Shown piece by piece: positions 20,621-29,847 of a DNA stretch of 64,000 nt. The notes under the pieces are model-generated. The model did no database searches. It was not told the origin of the DNA and saw only the letters and a list, made by a program, of their open reading frames with translations. The stretch is taken from assembly GCA_964629765.1 (NCBI GenBank), contig CAZVTK010000002.1, forward strand, positions 32,898 through 96,897. Direction: 5' to 3'. The stretch's first letter is position 1, and each line of letters opens with the position of its first letter. Source of the stretch: an uncultured Mesorhizobium sp. GTDB lineage: Bacteria > Pseudomonadota > Alphaproteobacteria > Rhizobiales > Rhizobiaceae. Both the position numbers and the translations under genes were made by a program.

Positions 20621-21795
20621 CGCGACCGGCCGGCGAGCTTCGCCAGCACTTCCCCGGTGTGCTGGCCCAGCACCGGCGGCGCGGAGAAGGTTTCCGCGCT
20701 GCCGGTCTTGATCGGGTTGCCGACCATCTTCTGCACGGTCCCGTCGGCGTTCTCGACCTCGACGATCATGTTGCGGCGGGCCACCGTGGGGAAGGCGAAC
20801 GCCTCGTCGATGGTCTGGACCAGCGCGACGGGCACGCCCTCCTTCTGGAAGGCGGCGACCCAGTGGGCAGAATCCTTCGCCAGAAAGGCCTCGGCGACCA
20901 CCGCTTCCAGCTCCCTGGCGTGCTTGCGCCGCTCCGGAACGGTCTTGAAGCGGGGATCCTCCGCAAGGTCGGCCCGGCCGATCGCGTTCATGTAGCCGAC
21001 CCACCAGCGCGGCAGCACGCTGGGCGTCGCATAGACGTACCGGCCGTCGGCGCATTCGTAGGCGCGGCTGGGCGGCATGTTGGCGAGCCGCGTGCCGACG
21101 CGCGAATAGACGATGCCGTGGGTGAAATAGTCCTGCGCCTGCCAGATGAGCAGGCTGAGCTGCGCATCGAGGATCGACACCTCGACGAAGCGGCCCTTGC
21201 CGTCGCGCTGGCGTCCCTGAAGGCCGGCGAGGATCGCCACGGCCGCCCACAGGCCGCCGGCGGTATCGCCGATCTGGTAGCCCACGCGGGCAGGGGGGCC
21301 GTCGGGATCGCCGGTGATGCTCATCACGCCGGACACCGCCTGGACCAGCGAGTCCGTGGCCGGGAAGTTGCCGTACTCACCCTCGCTGTCGAAGCCGCAG
21401 ACCGAGCAGACCACCAGCCCGGGGTTCATGGCGTGCAGGGTGGCGAAGTCGAAGCCGAGCCGGTCGACAACGCCCGACTTGAAATTGTGGCAGAAGACGT
21501 CGGCCTCCTTGAGAAGCTGCATCAACGCTTCCTTGCCCGCGTCCTCCTTGAGGTCGAGCACGATGCCTTTCTTGTTGCGGTTCACGCTGTAGTAGAAGGT
21601 GCTGTTGCCCTCCGAGATGAAGGGCGGGATCAGCCGCGTCGGATCGCCCGACGGAGGCTCCACCTTGATCACTTCCGCGCCGAGGTCGCCGAGGATCATC
21701 GTGGCGAACGGGCCGGAGATGAAATGCGATATGTCCACGATCTTCAGTCCGCGCAGCGGCGGCTCGAGCTTTTCACCGGGGAAGGACGTCGTCAT
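20617..21795 (-). CDS. Class III CoA transferase (CaiB/BaiF)
   Basis: GPFATMILGDLGAEVIKVEPP.GD, NRNKK and the catalytic Asp in IGDTAGG. Start at 21795 or 21813. Confidence 0.93.
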   Translation of the reverse strand: MTTSFPGEKLEPPLRGLKIVDISHFISGPFATMILGDLGAEVIKVEPPSGDPTRLIPPFISEGNSTFYYSVNRNKKGIVLDLKEDAGKEALMQLLKEADVFCHNFKSGVVDRLGFDFATLHAMNPGLVVCSVCGFDSEGEYGNFPATDSLVQAVSGVMSITGDPDGPPARVGYQIGDTAGGLWAAVAILAGLQGRQRDGKGRFVEVSILDAQLSLLIWQAQDYFTHGIVYSRVGTRLANMPPSRAYECADGRYVYATPSVLPRWWVGYMNAIGRADLAEDPRFKTVPERRKHARELEAVVAEAFLAKDSAHWVAAFQKEGVPVALVQTIDEAFAFPTVARRNMIVEVENADGTVQKMVGNPIKTGSAETFSAPPVLGQHTGEVLAKLAGRSR

Positions 21796-21809
21796 CGGGT
21801 GTCCACTTC

Positions 21810-22520
21810 TCATTTCTTCTGTCGGGCGTCGGGATCGCCGATGCGGCGGTTGCCCGTGAGCCGATCGGAGGCCCAGCGCACCTGAGCGGCGATCTCGCCG
21901 GGGGCGCGGGGCAAGGTGTCGAGCACGCCCTGCTTGACGAGTTGCAGGCAGGCCGGGTCGTGCCCGGCTATCCGCGCCGCCCAGCCCCGGGCGAACGGCA
22001 GCACCTCGGCCGGGGGCAGCACGCGGTTGAGGAAGCCGGCGCGGTGGAGCTCCGCCGCCGACACCTCGTCGGCGAGCAGCAGGTATTCCATCGCCAGCTT
22101 GTGGGGCACGCGCGCGGCGAGCGCCGAGGCGACGCCTTTCGAGAATCCGATCCTGACCTCCGGATAGCAGAAGCGGGCGTCCTCCGCGGCCACCGCGAGG
22201 TCGACCTGCTGGAGCAGGATCATTCCGCCGGCGACGCACCAGCCTTCGACGGCGGCGATGATGGGCTTGGCGGTGCGCACGCCCAGATTGGGCGCCCAGC
22301 GGGAGCCGCTCTGCGGCGGATCCTTCAGGTCGACGCCGGAGCTGAAATTGCCGCCGGCGCCGCTGAGCACGGCAACGACGTCGTCGCCCTCCTCGAAGCG
22401 CCTCCATGCGGCTTCCAGATCGGCGGCCATCTGCTCGTTGATGGCATTCTTCCTCTCGGGACGGTTGAGCGTGATCGAAGCCACCCCGTCCTTCGAGGCA
22501 TACAGCACGGTGCCGGTCAT
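21810..22520 (-). CDS. Enoyl-CoA hydratase/isomerase family protein
   Basis: LNRPERKNAI, FSSGVDL, KPIIAAVEG and YPE (single catalytic Glu). Confidence 0.9.
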   Translation of the reverse strand: MTGTVLYASKDGVASITLNRPERKNAINEQMAADLEAAWRRFEEGDDVVAVLSGAGGNFSSGVDLKDPPQSGSRWAPNLGVRTAKPIIAAVEGWCVAGGMILLQQVDLAVAAEDARFCYPEVRIGFSKGVASALAARVPHKLAMEYLLLADEVSAAELHRAGFLNRVLPPAEVLPFARGWAARIAGHDPACLQLVKQGVLDTLPRAPGEIAAQVRWASDRLTGNRRIGDPDARQKK

Positions 22521-22621
22521 CTTCCTCCCCTGTCCGAGCCTGCGAAGCATGGACATCCTACACGGCTCCCCGGTCCGTGTCGGACGCCCTCGATTGCCGC
22601 TCGTTGTTGTCTATGCATATG

Positions 22622-22637
22622 TTCCGTATACTGTCAA
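22622..22637 (-). promoter_or_regulatory. Putative MarR operator TTCCGTATACTGTC overlapping a minus-strand TTGACA
   Basis: Palindrome variant. tgtcaa at 22632-22637 reads TTGACA on the minus strand, upstream of the ECH operon. Confidence 0.65.
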
Positions 22638-22673
22638 TCTGGCGCGCGGCCTGCCGGCCCGAACCGCCGCCGG

Positions 22674-23900
22674 CTATGCGGATGCCCTCCTCGGCACCGC
22701 TTCCGCCGCCGGCATCTCGATGCCCGACAGCCCGGAGCCGCCGTAGAGCCAAGCCAGGATATCGTACCATTCGGCGGCGGACTTGGCCTGCATGATCTCG
22801 TTGCGCAGCGCCGCATGCACGCCGGACGGATGGTAGATGTGGTCGCCGATCGCCCTCGACTGGAGCTGGACGCGCGCCGTGCGCAACGTCCTCGCCGTCT
22901 GATAGCGCAGCATCGCGGTTTCGACGTCGTCCGAATGCTGGAGCAGATGCGTCAGCGCGACCGCGTCCTCCATGGCCATGCAGGCGCCCTGCGCGAAATA
23001 CTGCATCATGGGATGGGCCGCGTCCCCCAGCAGCGCCACGCGGCCGTCGACCCATCTGGCGATCGGTTCCCGGTCGCACAGGACCCATTTGCGCCAGTTC
23101 GATCCGTGCTGGATGATCGACCGGGCCGTCGCGCAGGTGTCGCGAAAGCCCTCATGCACCTCGTCGTGATGCACCGGAGCACCGGCCACGGGCTCCGGCG
23201 CGTGGTTATGGTAGGTCACCACCAGATTGAACGAGCTCCAGTCCGACAACGGATAGTGCACGATATGGCATTTGGGGCCGGCCCACAGCGTCGCCGCGTT
23301 CCAGCGCAGATCTTCCGGCATGTCCTCGACGGCGATGACGGAGCGGTAGGTGGTGTGGCCGGAAACCCGCGGCGGCCCGTCTGCGGCGAGCTGGCTCCTG
23401 ACGTTCGACCAGAGGCCGTCGGCGCCGACCAGCGCGCTTCCGCGCAACCGCTCGCCATCGGCCAGGGTCGCCGTCACCGACGCGCCGTCCTGGTCGTAGC
23501 GCGCCACTTCCGCGCTGGTCCGGATATCGACGAGGCTCGATTCGCGGCAGCGGCGCAGCAGGATGGAGTGGAGCTCGCCGCGATGCACGACCGCATAGGG
23601 ATTGCCGAACCGCTGGCGGAACGCATCCTCCAGCGGAATGCGGATGATCTCGTCGCCGCTCAACGCGTCCATCAGGCGCAGGCTGTCGATGAAGATGGCG
23701 TGCCGCTTCGCCTCCTGCGCGATGCCGAGAAAGTCGAAGGAGTGGAATGCGTTAGGGCCGAGCTGGATGCCCGCGCCGATCTCGCCGAGCGTGGGCGCCC
23801 TTTCCAGCACGAGCACGCGCATGCCGCGCTCCGCCAGCCCGAGCGCCAGCGACAGGCCGCCGATTCCGGCTCCGGCGATCAAAATTGGCAAGGACGTCAT
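22674..23900 (-). CDS. 3-hydroxybenzoate 6-monooxygenase-like FAD monooxygenase
   Basis: GAGIGG, EIGAGIQLGPN, GADG, LGDAAHPMMQYFAQGACMAMEDA; adjacent to gentisate genes. Confidence 0.88.
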   Translation of the reverse strand: MTSLPILIAGAGIGGLSLALGLAERGMRVLVLERAPTLGEIGAGIQLGPNAFHSFDFLGIAQEAKRHAIFIDSLRLMDALSGDEIIRIPLEDAFRQRFGNPYAVVHRGELHSILLRRCRESSLVDIRTSAEVARYDQDGASVTATLADGERLRGSALVGADGLWSNVRSQLAADGPPRVSGHTTYRSVIAVEDMPEDLRWNAATLWAGPKCHIVHYPLSDWSSFNLVVTYHNHAPEPVAGAPVHHDEVHEGFRDTCATARSIIQHGSNWRKWVLCDREPIARWVDGRVALLGDAAHPMMQYFAQGACMAMEDAVALTHLLQHSDDVETAMLRYQTARTLRTARVQLQSRAIGDHIYHPSGVHAALRNEIMQAKSAAEWYDILAWLYGGSGLSGIEMPAAEAVPRRASA

Positions 23901-23950
23901 CAGCTTCTCCAATCGCGACGCCCGGCGCCGCAATCCTGCGTATTCATTAA

Positions 23951-23964
23951 ATCAGTATGCTGTG
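23951..23964. promoter_or_regulatory. Putative MarR operator ATCAGTATGCTGTG
   Basis: In an AT-rich intergenic patch upstream of the hydroxylase. Confidence 0.65.
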
Positions 23965-24004
23965 TTGTTGGCATCGATCATGGCGCATCCCTTCAGAACC
24001 GGCC

Positions 24005-25699
24005 TCAATCCCGCCCCGCTGCCGCCGCGTGCATCGCGACCCGGTAAGCGAACACCAATGCCGGCCCGAGCGTCGTGCCCGGCCCCGGATAGGTCCCCTC
24101 CATGACCGAACCCATGTCGTTGCCGCAGGCGTAAAGTCCCCCGAGCGGGCGCCCGCCGCCGTCGAGAACCCTTCCGTCCTCGTCGGTTCTCAGGCCGGCG
24201 CTGACGGCGATATCGGCTGCCCAGAGCGGCATGGCGACGTAGGCCCCGCCCTCGACGGGACCGAGGCAGGGGTTCGGCAGGTGATCCGGATCGCCGTTGA
24301 AGCGGTCGAGCTCGGCTTCTCCGCGGCCGAAGCTTTCGTCCCGGCCCGCTGCGGCGTTCGCGTTGAAGCGCTCCACGGTGGCTCGAAGCACGGCCGGATC
24401 GACGCCGATCTTCCGCGCAAGCTGCGGCAGGTCGGGCGCGGCGAAGACATATCCGCCGCGCTCGAAATCCGCCAGCGAGCGCGTGCCCGGATAGATCGCG
24501 CCGAGTCCGTATTTGCGAACGAACCGCATCGTGGCGACGAGATGCACCGGCCGCGCCGGGTCGTCGGCGTTCGCCCGCAGCATGCCCTCCACGAAGTCGT
24601 GATAAGAGGCGGCCTCGTTGGTGAAGCGGCGCCCGCTGCGGTCGACGGCGATCACCCCCGGCTTGGCGCGGTCGAGATAGAGATGCGGAAAAAGCCCTCT
24701 CCATCCGCGCCGGGCCGGGGTACGGGACACAGGCGTCCACAGGCCCGCGCCGCGGTGGTCGGCGGGATCGAGAACCCCGCCCGCCTCGAGCGCGGCCGCG
24801 ATTCCGTCGCCGGTGTCCGACGGGGCCGCCATCGAAAACGGAGCGACCCGCGGCATCACCTGCCTGCGCAACCCTTCATTGTGCGCCACGCCGCCCGTGG
24901 CCAGCACGACGCCGCGCCGGGCGCGCAGCGTTCGCGTGCCGCCCGGGGTGCGGACGACGGCGCCCGCCACGGCGCCGTTCTCGACCAGCAGCCGCTCCAG
25001 AGGCGTCTCGAAGCGGAAGCCCACGCCGAGCTTGCGGGCGCTGGAGAAGAGCCGCGCCACCAGCGCATTGCCCATCACCAGCCTGGTGCCGCGGCTGAAG
25101 CGCAGGCGGTCGACGAAGAACCGGCCGGCCAGCCGGACGGCATGAAGGAAATCGCCGGGCGACCGGTAGCGGCGCAGCAGGCGGGCTATGTCCACCTTTC
25201 CCACCATCATGCCGCCGAACAGCATGAACTCGCCGATCGGCGGCCGCACGCGCTCGAAGTCGCGGCCCAGTCGCCGGCCGTCGAACGGCGCCGGCGCGAT
25301 GGCGCGGCCGTAGACCGCCGAGCCGGGCATGGTGTTGCGGTAGTCGGGATGTTTGCCGGCCGCGACGAAGCGCAGGTCGGTGTGGGCTTCAAGGTAGTCG
25401 ATGACGCGCGGGCCGTCGTCCAGATAGGCTTTGCGGCGGGCGTCGCCGGAATGGCCGGTCAGCGCGTCGAGATAGGTGGCGGCGGCCTGCGCGCTGTCCT
25501 CGTAGCCTGCGGCCCTGCTCTGGCTGTTGCCGGGTATCCAGAGCGTGCCCGCCGACGTGGACGTCGTGCCGCCCACCTGCGCCGTCTTCTCGCAGACCGC
25601 GACCGACAGGCCGTTCAGGCGCGCGACGATGGCCGCGGTCATTCCGGCCGCTCCCGCCCCGATGACCACCAGATCGACCTCGTCGCGCCGTTCGTCCAT
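24005..25699 (-). CDS. FAD_binding_2 oxidoreductase (3-ketosteroid delta1-dehydrogenase-like)
   Basis: GAGAAG, GGTTSTSAG.LWIP, HPDY, LATGG, GLYACGN, YPGPGTTLGP. Confidence 0.85.
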   Translation of the reverse strand: MDERRDEVDLVVIGAGAAGMTAAIVARLNGLSVAVCEKTAQVGGTTSTSAGTLWIPGNSQSRAAGYEDSAQAAATYLDALTGHSGDARRKAYLDDGPRVIDYLEAHTDLRFVAAGKHPDYRNTMPGSAVYGRAIAPAPFDGRRLGRDFERVRPPIGEFMLFGGMMVGKVDIARLLRRYRSPGDFLHAVRLAGRFFVDRLRFSRGTRLVMGNALVARLFSSARKLGVGFRFETPLERLLVENGAVAGAVVRTPGGTRTLRARRGVVLATGGVAHNEGLRRQVMPRVAPFSMAAPSDTGDGIAAALEAGGVLDPADHRGAGLWTPVSRTPARRGWRGLFPHLYLDRAKPGVIAVDRSGRRFTNEAASYHDFVEGMLRANADDPARPVHLVATMRFVRKYGLGAIYPGTRSLADFERGGYVFAAPDLPQLARKIGVDPAVLRATVERFNANAAAGRDESFGRGEAELDRFNGDPDHLPNPCLGPVEGGAYVAMPLWAADIAVSAGLRTDEDGRVLDGGGRPLGGLYACGNDMGSVMEGTYPGPGTTLGPALVFAYRVAMHAAAAGRD

Positions 25700-25715
25700 G
25701 TCCCGCCTCCGCCGG

Positions 25716-26363
25716 TCATTCCACATCCGGCTGCGCTTCGGGCGCAGCGGACCGGAAGGCTTCCAGTTCGAGGCATCGTGCCTCGATCTCCAGCAGGCGG
25801 GGAAGGGCTTGCAGGTCGCAGCCGAAGCGGCGCGCGCTGTAGAGCTGCGGGATCAGGTATATTTCCGCCATGCCCGGGCGGTCGCCGAAGGCATAGCCCC
25901 CGGCGCGGGGCCCGAGCAGCGCCTCGCAGGCCGCCAGGCCCCGGCCGATCCAGTGCCTCGCCCAGCGGTCGACCGCGGGCTGCTCCTGCGCAAGCTCGGT
26001 GCGCAGATAGGACAGCACGCGCAGGTTGGCGAGCGGATGGATGTCGGCGGCCATGACCTGCGCGAAAGCGCGGCAGCGCGCGCGCTCGAACGGGTCCTGC
26101 GGCAGCAGGCGCGGCTCGGGACGGCTTTCCTCCAGCCACTCGATGATCGCCGAGGACTGCGTGAGCACCGCCCCGCCGACGGCGAGGCTGGGCACCAGCA
26201 TCTGCGGGTTGATCGCGGCGTAGGCGGGTTGCAGATGCTCGCCGCCATTGCGCCGCAGATGGACGTACCGCGTCTGCGGCGCAACGCCCTTCAGGGCGAA
26301 CGCTATGCGGCAGCGATAGGCGGCCGAGCTGCGGAAATAGCCGTAGAAGACCAGCTCATCCAT
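25716..26363 (-). CDS. nagL: Maleylpyruvate/maleylacetoacetate isomerase (GST zeta)
   Basis: YFRSSAAYRCRIA, NPQMLVP, QSSAIIEWL, DIHPLANLRVL. Confidence 0.92.
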   Translation of the reverse strand: MDELVFYGYFRSSAAYRCRIAFALKGVAPQTRYVHLRRNGGEHLQPAYAAINPQMLVPSLAVGGAVLTQSSAIIEWLEESRPEPRLLPQDPFERARCRAFAQVMAADIHPLANLRVLSYLRTELAQEQPAVDRWARHWIGRGLAACEALLGPRAGGYAFGDRPGMAEIYLIPQLYSARRFGCDLQALPRLLEIEARCLELEAFRSAAPEAQPDVE

Positions 26364-27072
26364 GGCCCGCCGTCCCTTCCGGCGCGGCGATGACGAGCTC
26401 GACCGGCGGGCAGCCGTGGATCGAGCCGTCGATCCTGTCGCCGGGCTCGACCGGCCCGACGCCGGCCGGGGTCCCGGTGAAGATCAGGTCGCCGGCCTCC
26501 AGATGGTAGAGCGTGGAAAGATGGGCGATCAGCTCCGGCACGCTCCAGACGAGATCGCTGAGGCGCGCCGACTGCTTCCGCGCGCCGTTGACGCGCAGCG
26601 ATATGGCCTGCCCGCCCACGGCGCCGAACCGCTCGGCAGGCACGATCCCGGCAAGCACCGCCGATTGCTCGAACGCCTTGCCGACGTCCCACGGCCGCTG
26701 CCTGGCGCGGGCTTCGAGCTGCAGGTCGCGCCGGGTCATGTCCAGCCCGCAGGCATAGCCGTAGACGGCGTCCAGCGCCCTGGCCGCCGGCACGCGGAAC
26801 GCCGGCCCGCCGAGCGCCACGACCAGCTCCATCTCGTAGTGATAGTTGGACGTCGCCGGCGGATAGGGAATCGTCGAGCCGGACGGCACGTAGGCCGACG
26901 CCGGCTTGGTGAAGTAGAACGGCGCCTCGCGGTCGACGGCCACGCCCATCTCGGCCGCGTGCTCGGCATAGTTGCGCCCGACGCAGAAGATGCGGCGTAT
27001 TGGATAGCGCACCTGGCTGCCCGCGATGGACGCGAGCACCGGCGGCGGCGGCTCGAACAGACAGGACGACAT
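26356..27072 (-). CDS. nagK: Fumarylpyruvate hydrolase (FAH family)
   Basis: RRIFCVGRNYAEHA.EMG, PFYFTKP, YHYEMELV, DMTRRDLQ, GDLIFTGTPAGVG. Confidence 0.9.
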   Translation of the reverse strand: MSSCLFEPPPPVLASIAGSQVRYPIRRIFCVGRNYAEHAAEMGVAVDREAPFYFTKPASAYVPSGSTIPYPPATSNYHYEMELVVALGGPAFRVPAARALDAVYGYACGLDMTRRDLQLEARARQRPWDVGKAFEQSAVLAGIVPAERFGAVGGQAISLRVNGARKQSARLSDLVWSVPELIAHLSTLYHLEAGDLIFTGTPAGVGPVEPGDRIDGSIHGCPPVELVIAAPEGTAGHG

Positions 27073-27077
27073 GGCGG

Positions 27078-28121
27078 TCAGTCTCTCGCCCGCTCTTCGT
27101 AGAAGCCGAGCTTCTGCTGCAACGGCGTGTCGTGGACGCGGATGAGATGGGCGTCCCCGCCCGTCGCGCGATGGTCGATCCTGGCGAACACCGGCGCGGA
27201 GAAGGTGTCGCCGCGCCGCCATGCGATCTCCGTGCCGTCGACATGGCTCACGCCTTCGCCGTCGACGACATGGAACACGCCGCTGGTCGACTTCAGCGGC
27301 GGTTCGTAGACGTCGCCCGCGCGCAGCAGCATGGCGGTGAAGCCCATCGTCGGAAGGCAGGGCTCGCCCGTCTCCGGGTTGACGTAGTCGAGCTCGATGG
27401 GTTCGTTGGCGTCCGCGAAGGTCTTCAGGCGGGCGAGCGCTGCTGCCGTCTTCTCCCAGGGATAGCGAAGCTGCGGATATTTCGTCCGCAGGGCGCCGGC
27501 GCTGCGCGGCGGCAGCAGCCCCGCCTCGGAAAACTCCAGCATGGACGCATCGGGCCGGTTGCGCGGCGTCTGGAATTCGCCCTCGATGGCATAGGAGCCC
27601 TCGAGGTAGACGAACAGCGGCAGGTCCAGCGCGTCCAGCCAGATGACCGGCTCGCTGCCCTCGTGGCCGTGGTCGTGCCACATGCCGCCCGGCGTGAGCA
27701 CGAGGTCGCCGTGCTTCATGACGCATTTCTCGCCGTCGACGATGGTGAAGGCGCCTTCGCCCTCGACGATGATGCGCGCCGCGCTCGGGGTGTGCTTGTG
27801 AGCGGGGGCCTTCTCGCCGGGCAGCAGAAGTTGCAGGCCGCAATAGATGGCGGAGCTGACCTGCATGGCGCCGGCGCCGCGGCCGGGATCCGAGAGCACC
27901 AGCACGCGGCGCTCGGCCTTTTCGACAGGTGTCAGCTCGCCCGCCTTCAGCAGCAGCGGACGGATGTCCCGGTATCTCCAGATGCCGGGCTTCGTCGCCG
28001 GCGCCGGGCGCCCGTGCGGCAGCACGTTGCGCATCATCGGCCACAGAGGCGCGGTGGACTGCGCGCTCAGCGCCTGCCGGTAGTCCAGCGGGAGATCTTC
28101 CATCGTGCCGAGATTTGCCAT
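27078..28121 (-). CDS. nagI: Gentisate 1,2-dioxygenase (NagI-type bicupin)
   Basis: LLLKAGELTPVEKAERRVLVL, HKHTPSA, TPGGMWHDHGH, WLDALDLP; nagI-K-L gene order. Confidence 0.9.
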   Translation of the reverse strand: MANLGTMEDLPLDYRQALSAQSTAPLWPMMRNVLPHGRPAPATKPGIWRYRDIRPLLLKAGELTPVEKAERRVLVLSDPGRGAGAMQVSSAIYCGLQLLLPGEKAPAHKHTPSAARIIVEGEGAFTIVDGEKCVMKHGDLVLTPGGMWHDHGHEGSEPVIWLDALDLPLFVYLEGSYAIEGEFQTPRNRPDASMLEFSEAGLLPPRSAGALRTKYPQLRYPWEKTAAALARLKTFADANEPIELDYVNPETGEPCLPTMGFTAMLLRAGDVYEPPLKSTSGVFHVVDGEGVSHVDGTEIAWRRGDTFSAPVFARIDHRATGGDAHLIRVHDTPLQQKLGFYEERARD

Positions 28122-28154
28122 GTGATTCTCCGTTCCTCAGTTCGTCCCCGCCCG

Positions 28155-28910
28155 TCAGGGCATGAAGGAGCCGCCGTTCAGGTCGATGATCGCGCCGGTG
28201 ATGAAGCCGGCCTGGTCGGACGCCAGGAAGTCCACCGTCGCGCCGAGCTCCTCGGGCGCGCCGACCCGTCCCAGCGGCGAATAGGACGAGCGCTTGACGA
28301 TGCCGGCCTCGCCCTCGACCGTGCTCATCGGCGACAGGACGGGGCCGGGCGCGATGCAGTTGGCGGTGATGCCGTGTCTGCCCTCCTCGCCGGCCAACTG
28401 GCGGGTGAGGGCGAGCACGCCGGCCTTCGAGCTGACGTAGTGGGCCGCCGCCGTGCCGGTGAAGGTGCGGGCCGAGCGCGACGAGACGTTGATGATCCGC
28501 CCCCACCGGCCCTTGCGCATGAGCGGCAGCGCCGCCTTCGACATGGCGAACACGGCGGTCAGGTTGACCCGGATCACGTCCTCCCACTGGCCGAGGCTGA
28601 TCTCCTCGATCGTGTAGAGCCTGTTTTCGGGATGGCGCGGATTGATGCCCGCATTGTTGACCAGCACGTCGAGCCGGCCGAGCTCGCGCGCGACCCGGTT
28701 CATGAGATCCGCCACGGCGCTTTCGTCGGTGACGTCGACGGACATGCCGACCGCGTCGGCGCCGAGCTCCGCCGCCGTCGCGGCGACCTGCGGGTCGCGG
28801 TCCACGAGGACGCAGCGGAACCTGCGGTGCAGCGATCGCGCGATCGCCAGCCCGAGGCCGCGATTGGCCCCGGTGATCATGGCGACGCGTTCCTTGCCTT
28901 GTTCAGTCAC
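28155..28910 (-). CDS. Classical SDR oxidoreductase
   Basis: TGANRGLG, NNAG, YVSSK. Start GTG 28910 or TTG 28928. Confidence 0.9.
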   Translation of the reverse strand: MTEQGKERVAMITGANRGLGLAIARSLHRRFRCVLVDRDPQVAATAAELGADAVGMSVDVTDESAVADLMNRVARELGRLDVLVNNAGINPRHPENRLYTIEEISLGQWEDVIRVNLTAVFAMSKAALPLMRKGRWGRIINVSSRSARTFTGTAAAHYVSSKAGVLALTRQLAGEEGRHGITANCIAPGPVLSPMSTVEGEAGIVKRSSYSPLGRVGAPEELGATVDFLASDQAGFITGAIIDLNGGSFMP

Positions 28911-28989
28911 GTCGGGTTCCGTTTCCAAGAAGAATACTGATAGTCTCTATACGTTCATATTTCCTGTCGCGCGCCTTCCGGCCGCCGGG

Positions 28990-29823
28990 TCAGCGCGTCT
29001 GCCACGGCAGCAGCCGGGCCTCCAGCTCCTGGATGAGGAAGGTGATGATGACGCCGAGCGCCGAGATGGTGACCAGGGCGACATACATCGTATCGATCGC
29101 GAAGGTCGACCACGCGTTCCACAGCAGGTAGCCGAGCCCGCTGCTGGCGCCGAGCATCTCGGCGACCGCGATGAGCACCAGCGCCATGCCCGCGGCCAGG
29201 CGCACCCCGGCGAAGATGAAGGGGATCGCGCCGGGCAGGGCGATCGTGCGGAAGACCTGGTAGCGGTTGGCGCCGAAATTCTTGCCGACGTCGTAGTAGA
29301 TGCCCGGGATTTGCAGCACGCCGGCGGCGGTGTTGATGAGGATCGGGAAGAACACGCCGACCGCGACCATCGCGTATTTCGACGATTCGCCGAGGCCGAA
29401 CAGGATGAGGAAAAGCGGGAACAGCGCGGTCTTGGGGATGGCGTAGAGCGCGGCGCTGATAGGCTCCACCACCACCCGCACCCAGCGGGACAGTCCCATC
29501 GCTATGCCGAGCGCGATGGCCGGCACCGCCCCGAACAGGAATCCGATGGCGACCCGCTGGAGGCTGACGAGCATATGCACGATGAGCTCGCCCGACTTCA
29601 CCATCGCGAAGAGCCCGCCGAGGATCGTCGAGGGCAGCGGGAAGAAGCGGATGTCTATCAGCGAGAGGCGGCCGAGGATTTCCCACAGGACGAGCAGCAG
29701 CATCGGCGTGACGAATACGAGGATGCGCTCCCGGCGCCGCTGCCGGGCCTTGCGTCCGATCAGCGCCTCGCGGCGCTTCTGCGCCCTCGCGGCTGCGTAG
29801 GAGACGTCGACATCGGTGGTCAT
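28990..29823 (-). CDS. ABC transporter permease (NitT/TauT/SsuC family)
   Basis: FFPLPS.I, YAIPKTALFP, GVFFPILINT, IALPGAIP.IF.G.R. Confidence 0.92.
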   Translation of the reverse strand: MTTDVDVSYAAARAQKRREALIGRKARQRRRERILVFVTPMLLLVLWEILGRLSLIDIRFFPLPSTILGGLFAMVKSGELIVHMLVSLQRVAIGFLFGAVPAIALGIAMGLSRWVRVVVEPISAALYAIPKTALFPLFLILFGLGESSKYAMVAVGVFFPILINTAAGVLQIPGIYYDVGKNFGANRYQVFRTIALPGAIPFIFAGVRLAAGMALVLIAVAEMLGASSGLGYLLWNAWSTFAIDTMYVALVTISALGVIITFLIQELEARLLPWQTR

Positions 29824-29847
29824 GCCTGCAATTCCCCGTTCGGATGC

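Noticed and set aside
28933-28960. Full MarR operator upstream of the SDR-nagIKL genes
   Set aside because: Only a half-site (ATACTGAT) is clear; mentioned as weak and not listed as a feature.
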